A DNA stretch of 64,000 nucleotides from the NCBI GenBank assembly GCA_032027125.1, contig JAVSMQ010000001.1, positions 12,819 through 76,818 on the forward strand, given 5' to 3'. Both the position numbers and the translations under genes were made by a program. The notes under the pieces were generated by a model. The model was not told the DNA's origin. It saw nothing but the letters and a program-made list of their open reading frames with translations, and did no database searches. Shown here in pieces: positions 41,195 to 49,799 of the stretch (its first letter is position 1; every line of letters starts with the position of its first letter). The DNA is from Candidatus Kapaibacterium sp. Its GTDB lineage: Bacteria; Bacteroidota; Ignavibacteria; Kapaibacteriales; UBA2268.

Positions 41195-41237
41195 TGTTTT
41201 TTGAATTTGAATATTATAAACTAAAAATATAAATTAT

Positions 41238-41738
41238 ATGAACTGGTATGACATAGTATTCTACGGATTCGCGGCAATAGTACTTATTTCCGCAGGGGGC
41301 GTAGTATTCTCCAGAAAAATGATGTACTCGGCATTTTCCCTGCTTTTCACCTTTTTTGGAGTTGCCGGATTATACGTTCTGCTCAATGCCGATTTTATTG
41401 CTGTTACTCAGATTATGGTTTATATCGGCGGCATTCTGATACTGATAATTTTCGGTGTGATGCTAACCTCAAAATTTGTTGATTTGGATATAAAATCCGG
41501 TACAACAGGTGTTGTTCAATATGTACTTGCCGGACTGGCTACGCTTGTAACAGCAGTTTTCCTTATTAATATGTATATCAATGTTGATTGGTTCCAAAAC
41601 CCTGTACCGCAGGTTGAATCAACTGTAAAACCGATAGGCATATTGCTGATGACAGAATATTTCTTAGCCTTTCAGGTAGCTGCAATCTTATTATTGCTTG
41701 CATTTATCGGAGCGGCTAAAATTGCAAGAAGGAAGTAA
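41238..41738 (+). CDS. nuoJ: NADH-quinone oxidoreductase subunit J
   Basis: This is a 166-aa protein with 5 TM helices. Its position and size fit NuoJ. Confidence 0.85.
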   Translation: MNWYDIVFYGFAAIVLISAGGVVFSRKMMYSAFSLLFTFFGVAGLYVLLNADFIAVTQIMVYIGGILILIIFGVMLTSKFVDLDIKSGTTGVVQYVLAGLATLVTAVFLINMYINVDWFQNPVPQVESTVKPIGILLMTEYFLAFQVAAILLLLAFIGAAKIARRK

Positions 41739-41747
41739 ATATAATGG

Positions 41748-42068
41748 ATGGAAATTGATATGACAATCGGATTACCGCATTACCTGATTATAAGCGCTCT
41801 GCTATTTGCACTCGGCTTATTCGGGATAATCACAAGAAAAAATGCCATTATGGTGCTGATGAGTATGGAATTGATACTAAACTCTGCAAATATCAATTTC
41901 ATTGCTTTTGCAAAATACGGCGGAATGAATTTTGAAGGACACGTAGCAGCAATGTTCGTGATAATTCTTGCTGCAGCGGAAGTTGCTGTCGCTCTTGCAA
42001 TCGTGCTTAATATTTATCATAACTTCAGGCACGTGAACATTGACGAAATTAATAGTATGAAAGAATAA
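41748..42068 (+). CDS. nuoK: NADH-quinone oxidoreductase subunit K
   Basis: This is a roughly 100-aa protein with 3 TM helices. LMSMELILNSANINF and AAAEVAVALAIV are present. An alternative start lies at 41760. Confidence 0.9.
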   Translation: MEIDMTIGLPHYLIISALLFALGLFGIITRKNAIMVLMSMELILNSANINFIAFAKYGGMNFEGHVAAMFVIILAAAEVAVALAIVLNIYHNFRHVNIDEINSMKE

Positions 42069-42093
42069 TAACAATTTTTAATAGAAGCGAAAT

Positions 42094-44217
42094 ATGAGCC
42101 ACGACTTATTACTTAAGATATCATTAGTAATACTAATTTTGCCTCTCGTTAGCTTTCTGATAATAATTTTTAATCAGAAAAGACTGGGTAAGGCATCCGG
42201 TATTATTGGTACCTCAATTTTGGGAATTGACCTCTTGCTGGCTCTGGTTGTTGCTTACAGTAAGATAGTGACTTACTCCGAAGTAACAATTATCCAGTGG
42301 AAATTCCAATGGTTCTCATTAGGTCACAGAACAATTGACCTCGGCGTCGGGGTTGACAACATAGCGGCAATGATGCTGATTGTAGTAACTCTTATCAGTT
42401 TCCTTGTGCATTTATTCTCGACTGAATATATGTCTGAGGATAAAAGATTCCCACAATTTTTTGCATATCTCGGATTATTTACATTTTCAATGCTTGGTAT
42501 TGTAATTGCAAATAACCTACTGAATATGTACATTTTCTGGGAGCTTGTAGGACTGAGTTCTTACCTGCTGATCGGTTTCTGGTATGAAAAAGATTCTGCA
42601 TCAAATGCAGGTAAAAAAGCATTTATAACCAACCGTATCGGCGACCTTGGATTTTTTATCGGGATAATGATTGCATTTTTTGCATTCAATACATTTATGT
42701 TCGATGAAATTTTCGAGCAGGTTCGTAACGGTGCTTTACCTTTCGACAGCGGTACGATGCTGACAGCCATGGGAATATTGCTGTTTGCAGGAGCTATAGG
42801 TAAATCAGCCCAATTCCCGCTGCATGTCTGGCTTCCCGATGCAATGGAAGGTCCGACACCGGTTAGTGCGTTGATACATGCTGCAACAATGGTTGCCGCC
42901 GGTGTATATCTTACTGCAAGAATATTTCCGATATTTACAGCCGACGCATTAACTTTTGTAGCGTACACAGGTGCATTCACAGCATTTATGGCTGCTACAA
43001 TCGGTATTACACAGACAGACTTCAAACGGGTTTTGGCATATTCAACCGTAAGCCAGCTTGGTTTTATGGTAATGTCGCTCGGTGTCGGTGCTTATACTTA
43101 CGGATTTTTCCACCTTGTGACACATGCCTGGTTTAAAGCCTGTCTATTCCTTGCTTCAGGTTCGGTTATTCATGCCATGCACCACGCAATGCACAAGTTG
43201 AACGACCATCATACAGACCCGCAGGACATTCGTAATATGGGAGGTCTCCGTAAAACAATGCCGGTTACCTATTATACATTTTTACTGGCAACTATAGCTA
43301 TTTCAGGTGTTCCTTTTACATCAGGTTTTCTAAGTAAGGACGGTATTCTTGCCGGAACACTTGCTTTCGGAAATCTCAGCGGTCACTGGCTGATACCTAT
43401 TATGGGGTTTGCAGCAGCCGGGATGACAGCATTTTATATGTTCAGGCTGACAATTGTTTCATTTTATGGTGAACATAAAACTGAAATCGCTTCAAAAACG
43501 CATGAAAATAAAATGCCTATAGTATTACCGCTAATTGTTCTGTCGGTTCTTTCAATTTGGATATTTTACTCTTTTAATCCTATAGATGCCTCTACAGGCT
43601 GGGTTGCTAAAGCTTTTAAACCTGCTGCAAGCGTTGTACCTGCCGAATACCAATACGGCTTTTTGGTACCGCACAAATTGCCCGAAGTTAATGCTCACGA
43701 ACCTGCCGTGCATAATGCTAATGCACCCCATGTATTATTGAATCAATTTGAAGAAGAAATTCACCATCAGCATTATAATGCAATGTTTTTATCAGTCGGT
43801 ATTGCCGGATTTGGAATTTTACTTGCATTCCTGTTCTATCATTTCAAGATAATTGACCCTGATAAGGTAGCCAATGCTATTAAACCGCTTTATAAACTAT
43901 CTTATAACAAGTGGTATTTTGATGAGATTTATCAGGCTACATTTATTGGTGGAACTTTAGCTCTTACAAAGCTGATGTTCTGGATTGATATGAAAGTAAT
44001 AGACGGTATTGTTAACGGTATGGCGACTCTTTGGAGAGGTATTGCAATTATTACCGGAAAATTTGATAATGGTGTAGTTGACGGTCTTGTCAATTTATCA
44101 GGCGGAGTAGTAGGATTTTCCGGTTCAATGCTCAGAAAGCTTCAAACCGGCAGAGTACAGACATATTTACTTTTAAGCATCATGGGAATAATAATTCTCT
44201 TATGGTGGATGATATAA
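42094..44217 (+). CDS. nuoL: NADH-quinone oxidoreductase subunit L
   Basis: This is an antiporter-like subunit. WELVGLSSYLLIGFW, GKSAQFPLHVWLPDAMEGPTPVSALIHAATMV and a C-terminal lateral-helix region are present. Confidence 0.95.
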   Translation: MSHDLLLKISLVILILPLVSFLIIIFNQKRLGKASGIIGTSILGIDLLLALVVAYSKIVTYSEVTIIQWKFQWFSLGHRTIDLGVGVDNIAAMMLIVVTLISFLVHLFSTEYMSEDKRFPQFFAYLGLFTFSMLGIVIANNLLNMYIFWELVGLSSYLLIGFWYEKDSASNAGKKAFITNRIGDLGFFIGIMIAFFAFNTFMFDEIFEQVRNGALPFDSGTMLTAMGILLFAGAIGKSAQFPLHVWLPDAMEGPTPVSALIHAATMVAAGVYLTARIFPIFTADALTFVAYTGAFTAFMAATIGITQTDFKRVLAYSTVSQLGFMVMSLGVGAYTYGFFHLVTHAWFKACLFLASGSVIHAMHHAMHKLNDHHTDPQDIRNMGGLRKTMPVTYYTFLLATIAISGVPFTSGFLSKDGILAGTLAFGNLSGHWLIPIMGFAAAGMTAFYMFRLTIVSFYGEHKTEIASKTHENKMPIVLPLIVLSVLSIWIFYSFNPIDASTGWVAKAFKPAASVVPAEYQYGFLVPHKLPEVNAHEPAVHNANAPHVLLNQFEEEIHHQHYNAMFLSVGIAGFGILLAFLFYHFKIIDPDKVANAIKPLYKLSYNKWYFDEIYQATFIGGTLALTKLMFWIDMKVIDGIVNGMATLWRGIAIITGKFDNGVVDGLVNLSGGVVGFSGSMLRKLQTGRVQTYLLLSIMGIIILLWWMI

Positions 44218-44254
44218 TTATGAAAAATTTAGAAAAAAATAAATCGGAGGATTG

Positions 44255-45895
44255 ATGTCAGGCACTATCAACATTTTAGGGGTTGGAATTCTTACCTGGA
44301 TAACCTTCTTGCCTATACTTGGAATGATTGCAGTACTTGCAATACCAAGCGGTAAAGATGATGTTAGCCGTGCCCGCTCATTGAATTATTTCAGATACAT
44401 AACTTTAGGTGTCACTTTCTTACAACTGATACTTTCATTAGTTATATATTCAAGTTTTAATTTAGCCATGCCGGGCATCAATGATGCCGGCTCAATGCAA
44501 TTTGTAGAGCGTTTTACCTGGATAAAGGTTATGGGCTTGCCCATGCTGGGCGACCTTAAAATCGAATATTTCCTTGGAATAGACGGTATCAGTATGCCTA
44601 TGTTACTTCTAACGGCATTGGTTTCGACTGTTGCAGTCTTTGCTTCATGGAATATAAAGAAAGCTGCCAAAGGTTATTTCGCTATGTATCTGTTATTAGT
44701 GACAGGCATGATGGGCGTTTTTGTTTCTTTGGACTTTTTCCTGTTTTATGTATTTTGGGAAATCATGCTGCTGCCTATGTACTTTTTGATAGGTATCTGG
44801 GGCGGACCGAGAAAAGAATACGCTGCAATCAAGTTCTTTCTTTATACTTTGTTCGGCTCGGTATTTATGCTGCTGGTTATGATTGCGTTGTATTTCGCGG
44901 TTGGTTCCTTCAATATGTTTGATATGATGGACCCTACAAAATTTGACCAGAATTCAATTCTCAGCGGATTTGGTACAAACTGGCGGTACATAGCTTTTGC
45001 CGCATTATTTATTGGATTTGCCATCAAAGTACCGATTGTACCGTTTCATACATGGCTGCCTGATGCACACGTCGAAGCACCAACCGCCATATCTGTAATA
45101 CTTGCAGGTGTACTTTTGAAAATGGGTACTTACGGTATGATTCGTATAGCATGGCCCATGTTCCCCGATGCAGTATTTTACTTCAACTGGTGGATTGGCT
45201 TAATCGGAACAGTCAGTATTGTTTACGGTGCGTTATGTGCACTGGCACAATTCAGCGTAGGCAAGCGTGACTTAAAGAAACTTATCGCATATTCATCTGT
45301 CAGCCACATGGGTTATGTAATGCTTGGATTGGCTGCCCTGAATACTGAGGGAATGGTTGGAGCTATATTCCAAATGTTCAATCACGGTACCATCACAGCT
45401 ATGCTCTTCATGATTGTGGGTGTAATTTATGATAGAGCCCACACACGAAGTCTCGATGATTTTGGCGGAATAGCAAACAAAATGCCGGTTTATACAGCGG
45501 TTATGATGGTTGCATTTTTTGCTGCTATCGGTCTTCCGGGCTTGAGCGGATTTGTCAGCGAAGCACTTGTATTTTTGGGTGCTTTCAAAATGTATCCTGT
45601 TCTTGCAATTATTTCCGGTTCCGGTATCGTATTAGGTGCAGGATATATGCTGTGGGCTTTGCAGAAAGTATTTTTCGGCAAACTGCCTGACAGATGGAAA
45701 GGTCCCTGGGATCCGACCGGTAAAATTTATAAACATGACGACCTGAATTATATTGAATTAGCCGGACTTGTTCCTCTTGTACTGGTTATCATTTATCTTG
45801 GAATTAATCCTAATCCTGTAATAGGAATGATGACTGCTTCGGTTAATCATTTTGTGGAATTAATTAGAATTGGCGGCAACTTTGCCGGTTTGTAA
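44255..45895 (+). CDS. nuoM: NADH-quinone oxidoreductase subunit M
   Basis: FVFWEIMLLPMYFLIGIWGG, VPFHTWLPDAHVEAPTAISVILAGVLLKMG and YSSVSHMG are present. The ATG at 44255 is preceded by ggagg. Confidence 0.95.
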   Translation: MSGTINILGVGILTWITFLPILGMIAVLAIPSGKDDVSRARSLNYFRYITLGVTFLQLILSLVIYSSFNLAMPGINDAGSMQFVERFTWIKVMGLPMLGDLKIEYFLGIDGISMPMLLLTALVSTVAVFASWNIKKAAKGYFAMYLLLVTGMMGVFVSLDFFLFYVFWEIMLLPMYFLIGIWGGPRKEYAAIKFFLYTLFGSVFMLLVMIALYFAVGSFNMFDMMDPTKFDQNSILSGFGTNWRYIAFAALFIGFAIKVPIVPFHTWLPDAHVEAPTAISVILAGVLLKMGTYGMIRIAWPMFPDAVFYFNWWIGLIGTVSIVYGALCALAQFSVGKRDLKKLIAYSSVSHMGYVMLGLAALNTEGMVGAIFQMFNHGTITAMLFMIVGVIYDRAHTRSLDDFGGIANKMPVYTAVMMVAFFAAIGLPGLSGFVSEALVFLGAFKMYPVLAIISGSGIVLGAGYMLWALQKVFFGKLPDRWKGPWDPTGKIYKHDDLNYIELAGLVPLVLVIIYLGINPNPVIGMMTASVNHFVELIRIGGNFAGL

Positions 45896-45930
45896 TTAAA
45901 TATTGTTGAAATTTAAAGAAAAGAATAGAT

Positions 45931-47430
45931 ATGTACAGTGCAGTAGTCAATGATTTACTTAACAGTCTCGGGTTGTTCAGACCCGAGCTGGCATTGCTCT
46001 CAACATTTGTATTGGTAATAATTGCAGACTTAGTGTTTAAGAATAACAAAGTTAATGCCGGTATTTCGATATTAGGATGTATAGTAACCGGAGTTTTTCT
46101 TATTTTGCAGTCGGGTGTAATATCCGGTGCATTTATGAATATGACTTCTGTTGACCCGTTTGCTGATTTTTTCAAGATGCTGATAGTGATTTCTACCATA
46201 ATTGTCATAGTAATGTCGGAGTTCTCTGAAGAATTGCATAAACGTGATGTATGGATGGGCGAATACTATATGCTCGTTTTGGGTATGGCAATAGGAATGT
46301 TTCTGATTGTTGGTGCATCAAATCTTATATTGATTTATCTTGCAATCGAGACAATGAGTTTTAGTTCTTATCTGCTCGCCGGATATACAAAAGAAATCAA
46401 ACGGTCAAGTGAAGCATCACTGAAGTATGTTATTTTCGGTTCGCTGTCATCAGGTATTATGATTTACGGTATGTCTCTGCTTTTCGGATTGACAGGCTCA
46501 CTCAATATCTTTGAAATTCAGAGCTATTTTCTTCAGAATGGTTTTAGTGAAATAGCTGTATTTATTTCTGGTTTGATGATTATTGCAGGTTTTGCTTACA
46601 AAATATCAGCCGTTCCATTTCACTTTTGGACTCCGGATGTTTACGAAGGCTCACCTATAACGATTACCGCATATTTATCTGTGGCTTCAAAAGCAGCGGG
46701 ATTTGCCGTTCTTATAAGATTTTTGAGATTTGCGTACCTTGACCCTGTCGCTTCATCACCGGAATCATGGCAATTGTTTGCTAATCTGCCATGGAATCTG
46801 GTAATTGTAGTAATTTCGGTTGCAACTATGACCTTAGGAAATCTCATTGCACTCTGGCAGAGTAACATCAAAAGAATGCTGGCATATTCCTCCATAGCAC
46901 ATGCGGGATACATGCTTATGGGTGTTGTGGTTATGAACAACAGCGGACTTATGAGCATCATGGTTTATTTCGTATTCTATATGCTGATGAATTTCGGTGC
47001 TTTCTTTGTAGTTATGCTGTTTGCCCACAAAATCGGCAGTGAAGAAGTTGAGGATTATGAAGGAATCGGTTACCGTGCCCCGGTGCTGGCAACATGTCTG
47101 TCATTATTCCTTGTATCGCTTGCAGGCATACCCCCTACCGCAGGTTTTGTCGGTAAGATGGTTCTGTTCGGTGCAGTTCTCGAAGGCGGTTGGTACTGGC
47201 TGGCAGTTATCGGTGTGCTGAATAGTGTCGTATCACTTTTTTACTATGCTAAAGTTATGCGTAATATGTGGCTCCGAAAAATTGATACGGGTAAAGAACC
47301 TTTGAAATTTTCCGCTGCAAGCCAGATTGTTGTATTAATACTTGCAATTCCGACACTTGTCTTTGGTTTATTTTATGGACCAATCCTGAGATGGGCTGAA
47401 TATTCAGTCAGAATGTTTTTAGGAAATTGA
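45931..47430 (+). CDS. nuoN: NADH-quinone oxidoreductase subunit N
   Basis: VPFHFWTPDVYEGSPITITAYLSVASKAAGF and AYSSIAHAGYM are present. It is the last gene of the cluster. Confidence 0.93.
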   Translation: MYSAVVNDLLNSLGLFRPELALLSTFVLVIIADLVFKNNKVNAGISILGCIVTGVFLILQSGVISGAFMNMTSVDPFADFFKMLIVISTIIVIVMSEFSEELHKRDVWMGEYYMLVLGMAIGMFLIVGASNLILIYLAIETMSFSSYLLAGYTKEIKRSSEASLKYVIFGSLSSGIMIYGMSLLFGLTGSLNIFEIQSYFLQNGFSEIAVFISGLMIIAGFAYKISAVPFHFWTPDVYEGSPITITAYLSVASKAAGFAVLIRFLRFAYLDPVASSPESWQLFANLPWNLVIVVISVATMTLGNLIALWQSNIKRMLAYSSIAHAGYMLMGVVVMNNSGLMSIMVYFVFYMLMNFGAFFVVMLFAHKIGSEEVEDYEGIGYRAPVLATCLSLFLVSLAGIPPTAGFVGKMVLFGAVLEGGWYWLAVIGVLNSVVSLFYYAKVMRNMWLRKIDTGKEPLKFSAASQIVVLILAIPTLVFGLFYGPILRWAEYSVRMFLGN

Positions 47431-47453
47431 TTATTAATATCATTATTAGTTTT

Positions 47454-47488
47454 AAAAAAGGAGCTTTGTTTAAAGCTCCTTTTTTTTA
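47454..47488 (+). terminator. rho-independent terminator of the nuo operon
   Basis: aaaaaaggagcttt-gttt-aaagctcc is followed by a T-run of 9. It lies 24 nt after the nuoN stop codon. Confidence 0.85.
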
Positions 47489-47520
47489 TTTATATGAGTG
47501 ACCTGATTGTAGAAACTTGT

Positions 47521-47730
47521 TAACCACCCCTTCCTTCGGACACCCCTCCTTGAAAAAAGGAGGGGAATAAATCAGTCTGTTAACTCCGTAGGAGTGGAAT
47601 CTCGGTAGAAAAAGCACAACCGAATGGAAACCACAATCCCCCAACTCAGTAGGAGTGACCTGCTAGTAGAAAAACCACAGCCGAAGTCAAAGCTATTCCC
47701 TATTACCTCATTAGGTAGCGGACTAGTAGA
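47521..47730. repeat. intergenic repeat modules: GC hairpin plus three 61-nt hairpin/TAGTAGAAAAA units
   Basis: The hairpin cccctcctt-gaaaaa-aggagggg lies at 47543-47565. ctccGTAggag (47584), ctcaGTAggag (47645) and cctcATTaggt (47706) are each followed about 10 nt later by (g/t)tagtaga(a/t). This is the same family as at 24.3-25.15 kb. Confidence 0.8.
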
Positions 47731-47813
47731 TATCAAATCTTTTAAATCGTCATCACGCAGAATAATAGTTTGTGTAAGCATCACATTATATTTGACTTTG
47801 TGATTCAACATAT

Positions 47814-48425
47814 TCAACGCTTTTGAATTGCTTTTTCAATATTTTCTTCTTTACAAAAAACTAAATTCCCTGTATAACCTTGATGAAATACATATAATCT
47901 CCATTTAATTAAATGATATATTACTGCATTTTTAAACTGAACTTTATCTAAATCATAATACTTTTGAAATTTATCATAATTAATAACTCCTCTATATTGC
48001 TTGATTCCTTCATAATCTGTAGTATTAAAATAATAATCAAGAAAATATTCTTGACCTAAACTTGCTATACTATCAGTAATTTTTTGATATTTTTCAGGAA
48101 TTAAGAATTGCTCAAAAGATTTAGTACAATTTTTTCTTAATATTAATGTATCTTTTTTTATAAGAATATTTTTCACAATTTCATTAAATTCTTTGTATTT
48201 CTTAAACATTTCAGTATCTTTAAGAATAAAATAAAGAGATTGATGTGATAAAATTAATGAATAAACAGTGTCATTATTTTTAATATTAATTTTTAAATAA
48301 TATACTGGAGGAACTTTATCTTTAAATAAATTCGAGTAATAAATAGAATCGGATTCTTTATTATCTTCACTCTGTGCAAAGACATTTAATACTGTCAATA
48401 AAAATAACATTAATAAAATTTTCAT
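47814..48425 (-). CDS. hypothetical secreted protein (orphan, very AT-rich)
   Basis: The signal peptide is MKILLMLFLLTVLNVFAQ. No recognisable domain was found. GC content is visibly lower than in the neighbouring genes. Confidence 0.55.
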   Translation of the reverse strand: MKILLMLFLLTVLNVFAQSEDNKESDSIYYSNLFKDKVPPVYYLKINIKNNDTVYSLILSHQSLYFILKDTEMFKKYKEFNEIVKNILIKKDTLILRKNCTKSFEQFLIPEKYQKITDSIASLGQEYFLDYYFNTTDYEGIKQYRGVINYDKFQKYYDLDKVQFKNAVIYHLIKWRLYVFHQGYTGNLVFCKEENIEKAIQKR

Positions 48426-48458
48426 AATATACCTTATCGTGGAAACATTATCAGGATC

Positions 48459-49133
48459 CTACTGTACTTGTTTTGGAGGATTCTTCATTAATGAATTTAG
48501 TTTGGATTTTAGTACTTTCATTTCTTTTGGTAAATACAAATGATCAATCTGTTTAAAAAAGAACTGTGCACGTATATAGTTTCTTCTTTCAATATAAAAT
48601 TTTGTCAATTCGTGCAAAACATAAGAATTCTTATCATTTATTTCATGGGCTTCCAATAAATATTTTTCAGCCTTTTCAAAATCGCCAGCATTATTATTAA
48701 CTAAGAAAACACCTATTCTAGCCCAAATATTAACCTTAGCTTTATCCATTGAAATTGATTCTAAGAAATCTATATCACTATCTTGCCAATTATTAGAAAA
48801 TTGATGTACCATTATTGCTTGTGCAAAACCCATTGTCATAAAAGTACCATTAATATATGGAAACTTTTTTGCTACTTTATTATGATAATTAATGGCAGAA
48901 TCTTTAAGTCCTTTATTAGCAATAAACATGATTTTTAAACCATGAAAATATTCACTTTTCGGATAAATTGAAAGCATAGAATCAATAAATTCTAATGGTT
49001 TAATGTGATTTATTATAATGTTATCAAACTTACTAATTTCAAAAAAACGAATATCTTTTTCTTCATTATTAGTACATGATAATAGTATTACAAGTAATAT
49101 TATGCTACATTTTTTTAAAATCATTAATTTCAT
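48459..49133 (-). CDS. hypothetical lipoprotein with TPR-like helical C-terminal half (orphan, very AT-rich)
   Basis: The lipobox is LLSCTN. A helical repeat-like region is present (GDFEKAEKYLLEAHEINDKNSYVLHELTKFYIERRNYIRAQFFF). Confidence 0.55.
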   Translation of the reverse strand: MKLMILKKCSIILLVILLSCTNNEEKDIRFFEISKFDNIIINHIKPLEFIDSMLSIYPKSEYFHGLKIMFIANKGLKDSAINYHNKVAKKFPYINGTFMTMGFAQAIMVHQFSNNWQDSDIDFLESISMDKAKVNIWARIGVFLVNNNAGDFEKAEKYLLEAHEINDKNSYVLHELTKFYIERRNYIRAQFFFKQIDHLYLPKEMKVLKSKLNSLMKNPPKQVQ

Positions 49134-49331
49134 AATTATAAGTTTAAAAATTCTTTTTAATTCTTATTTCAAGTACTTTACAAACATAACTAAAATCAAT
49201 CTTTTTCCCCTTTCTTTTTTCAAATCATGAAAAATAAATGGGAAACAACATAGATTTTTTGTTGTCAGATAAGAATTGAATATTGTTCTTTGAAGTTCTA
49301 ACTTAATTCATTTTCCTTAAAATGTCTTTCA

Positions 49332-49771
49332 TTAAGGTTATAATCTCTATGAAAAGCATAAGAAACCTTATGAAAAGCATAAGAAACCTTATGAAAAGCA
49401 TAAGAAACCTTATGAAAAGCATAAGAAACCTTATGAAAAGCATAAGAAACCTTATGAAAAGCGTAATGAACCTTATGAAAAGGTCAGGATACCTTTCAGA
49501 AAGTCAATGTAATTGTACAATTACTCTCAGATTTTGTTCAATTTAACGCAGAATCAGTTAAAAAGAGCGTTTCCGCACTTCACGCGGTCTTTCCCGACCC
49601 TCGCTGACCAATCGGACAGCCTCGATGACCAATCGGACAGCCTCGCTGACCAATCGGACAGCCTCGCTGATAATCGGACAGCCTCGCTGACCAAATGAAC
49701 AGCCTCGATGACCAAATGAACAGCCTCGATGACCAAATGAACAGCCTCGATGACCAAATGAAAGACATCGG
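49332..49771. repeat. 21-bp tandem array (locus 2), inverted relative to locus 1
   Basis: There are 5 units of aaagcataagaaaccttatga and 1 of aaagcgtaatgaaccttatga, which is the exact reverse complement of the locus-1 unit. Degenerate units follow. There are 3 units of tgaccaatcggacagcctcgM and one 20-nt unit. Last come 3 units of tgaccaaatgaacagcctcga plus 1 variant. Confidence 0.95.
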
Positions 49772-49799
49772 AACATAATTGATGACAAACGAAACGTTT

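Noticed and set aside
42561-43025. Long antisense or alternative-frame ORFs lie inside well-supported genes: 42561..43025 in nuoL, 35726..36127 in the dehydratase, 57481..57891 and 57053..57376 in rpsA, 38147..38494 in nuoD, 13235..13582 and 13647..13958.
   Set aside because: They are shadow ORFs opposite or overlapping genes with strong family motifs. Their sequences are low complexity and carry no motifs.
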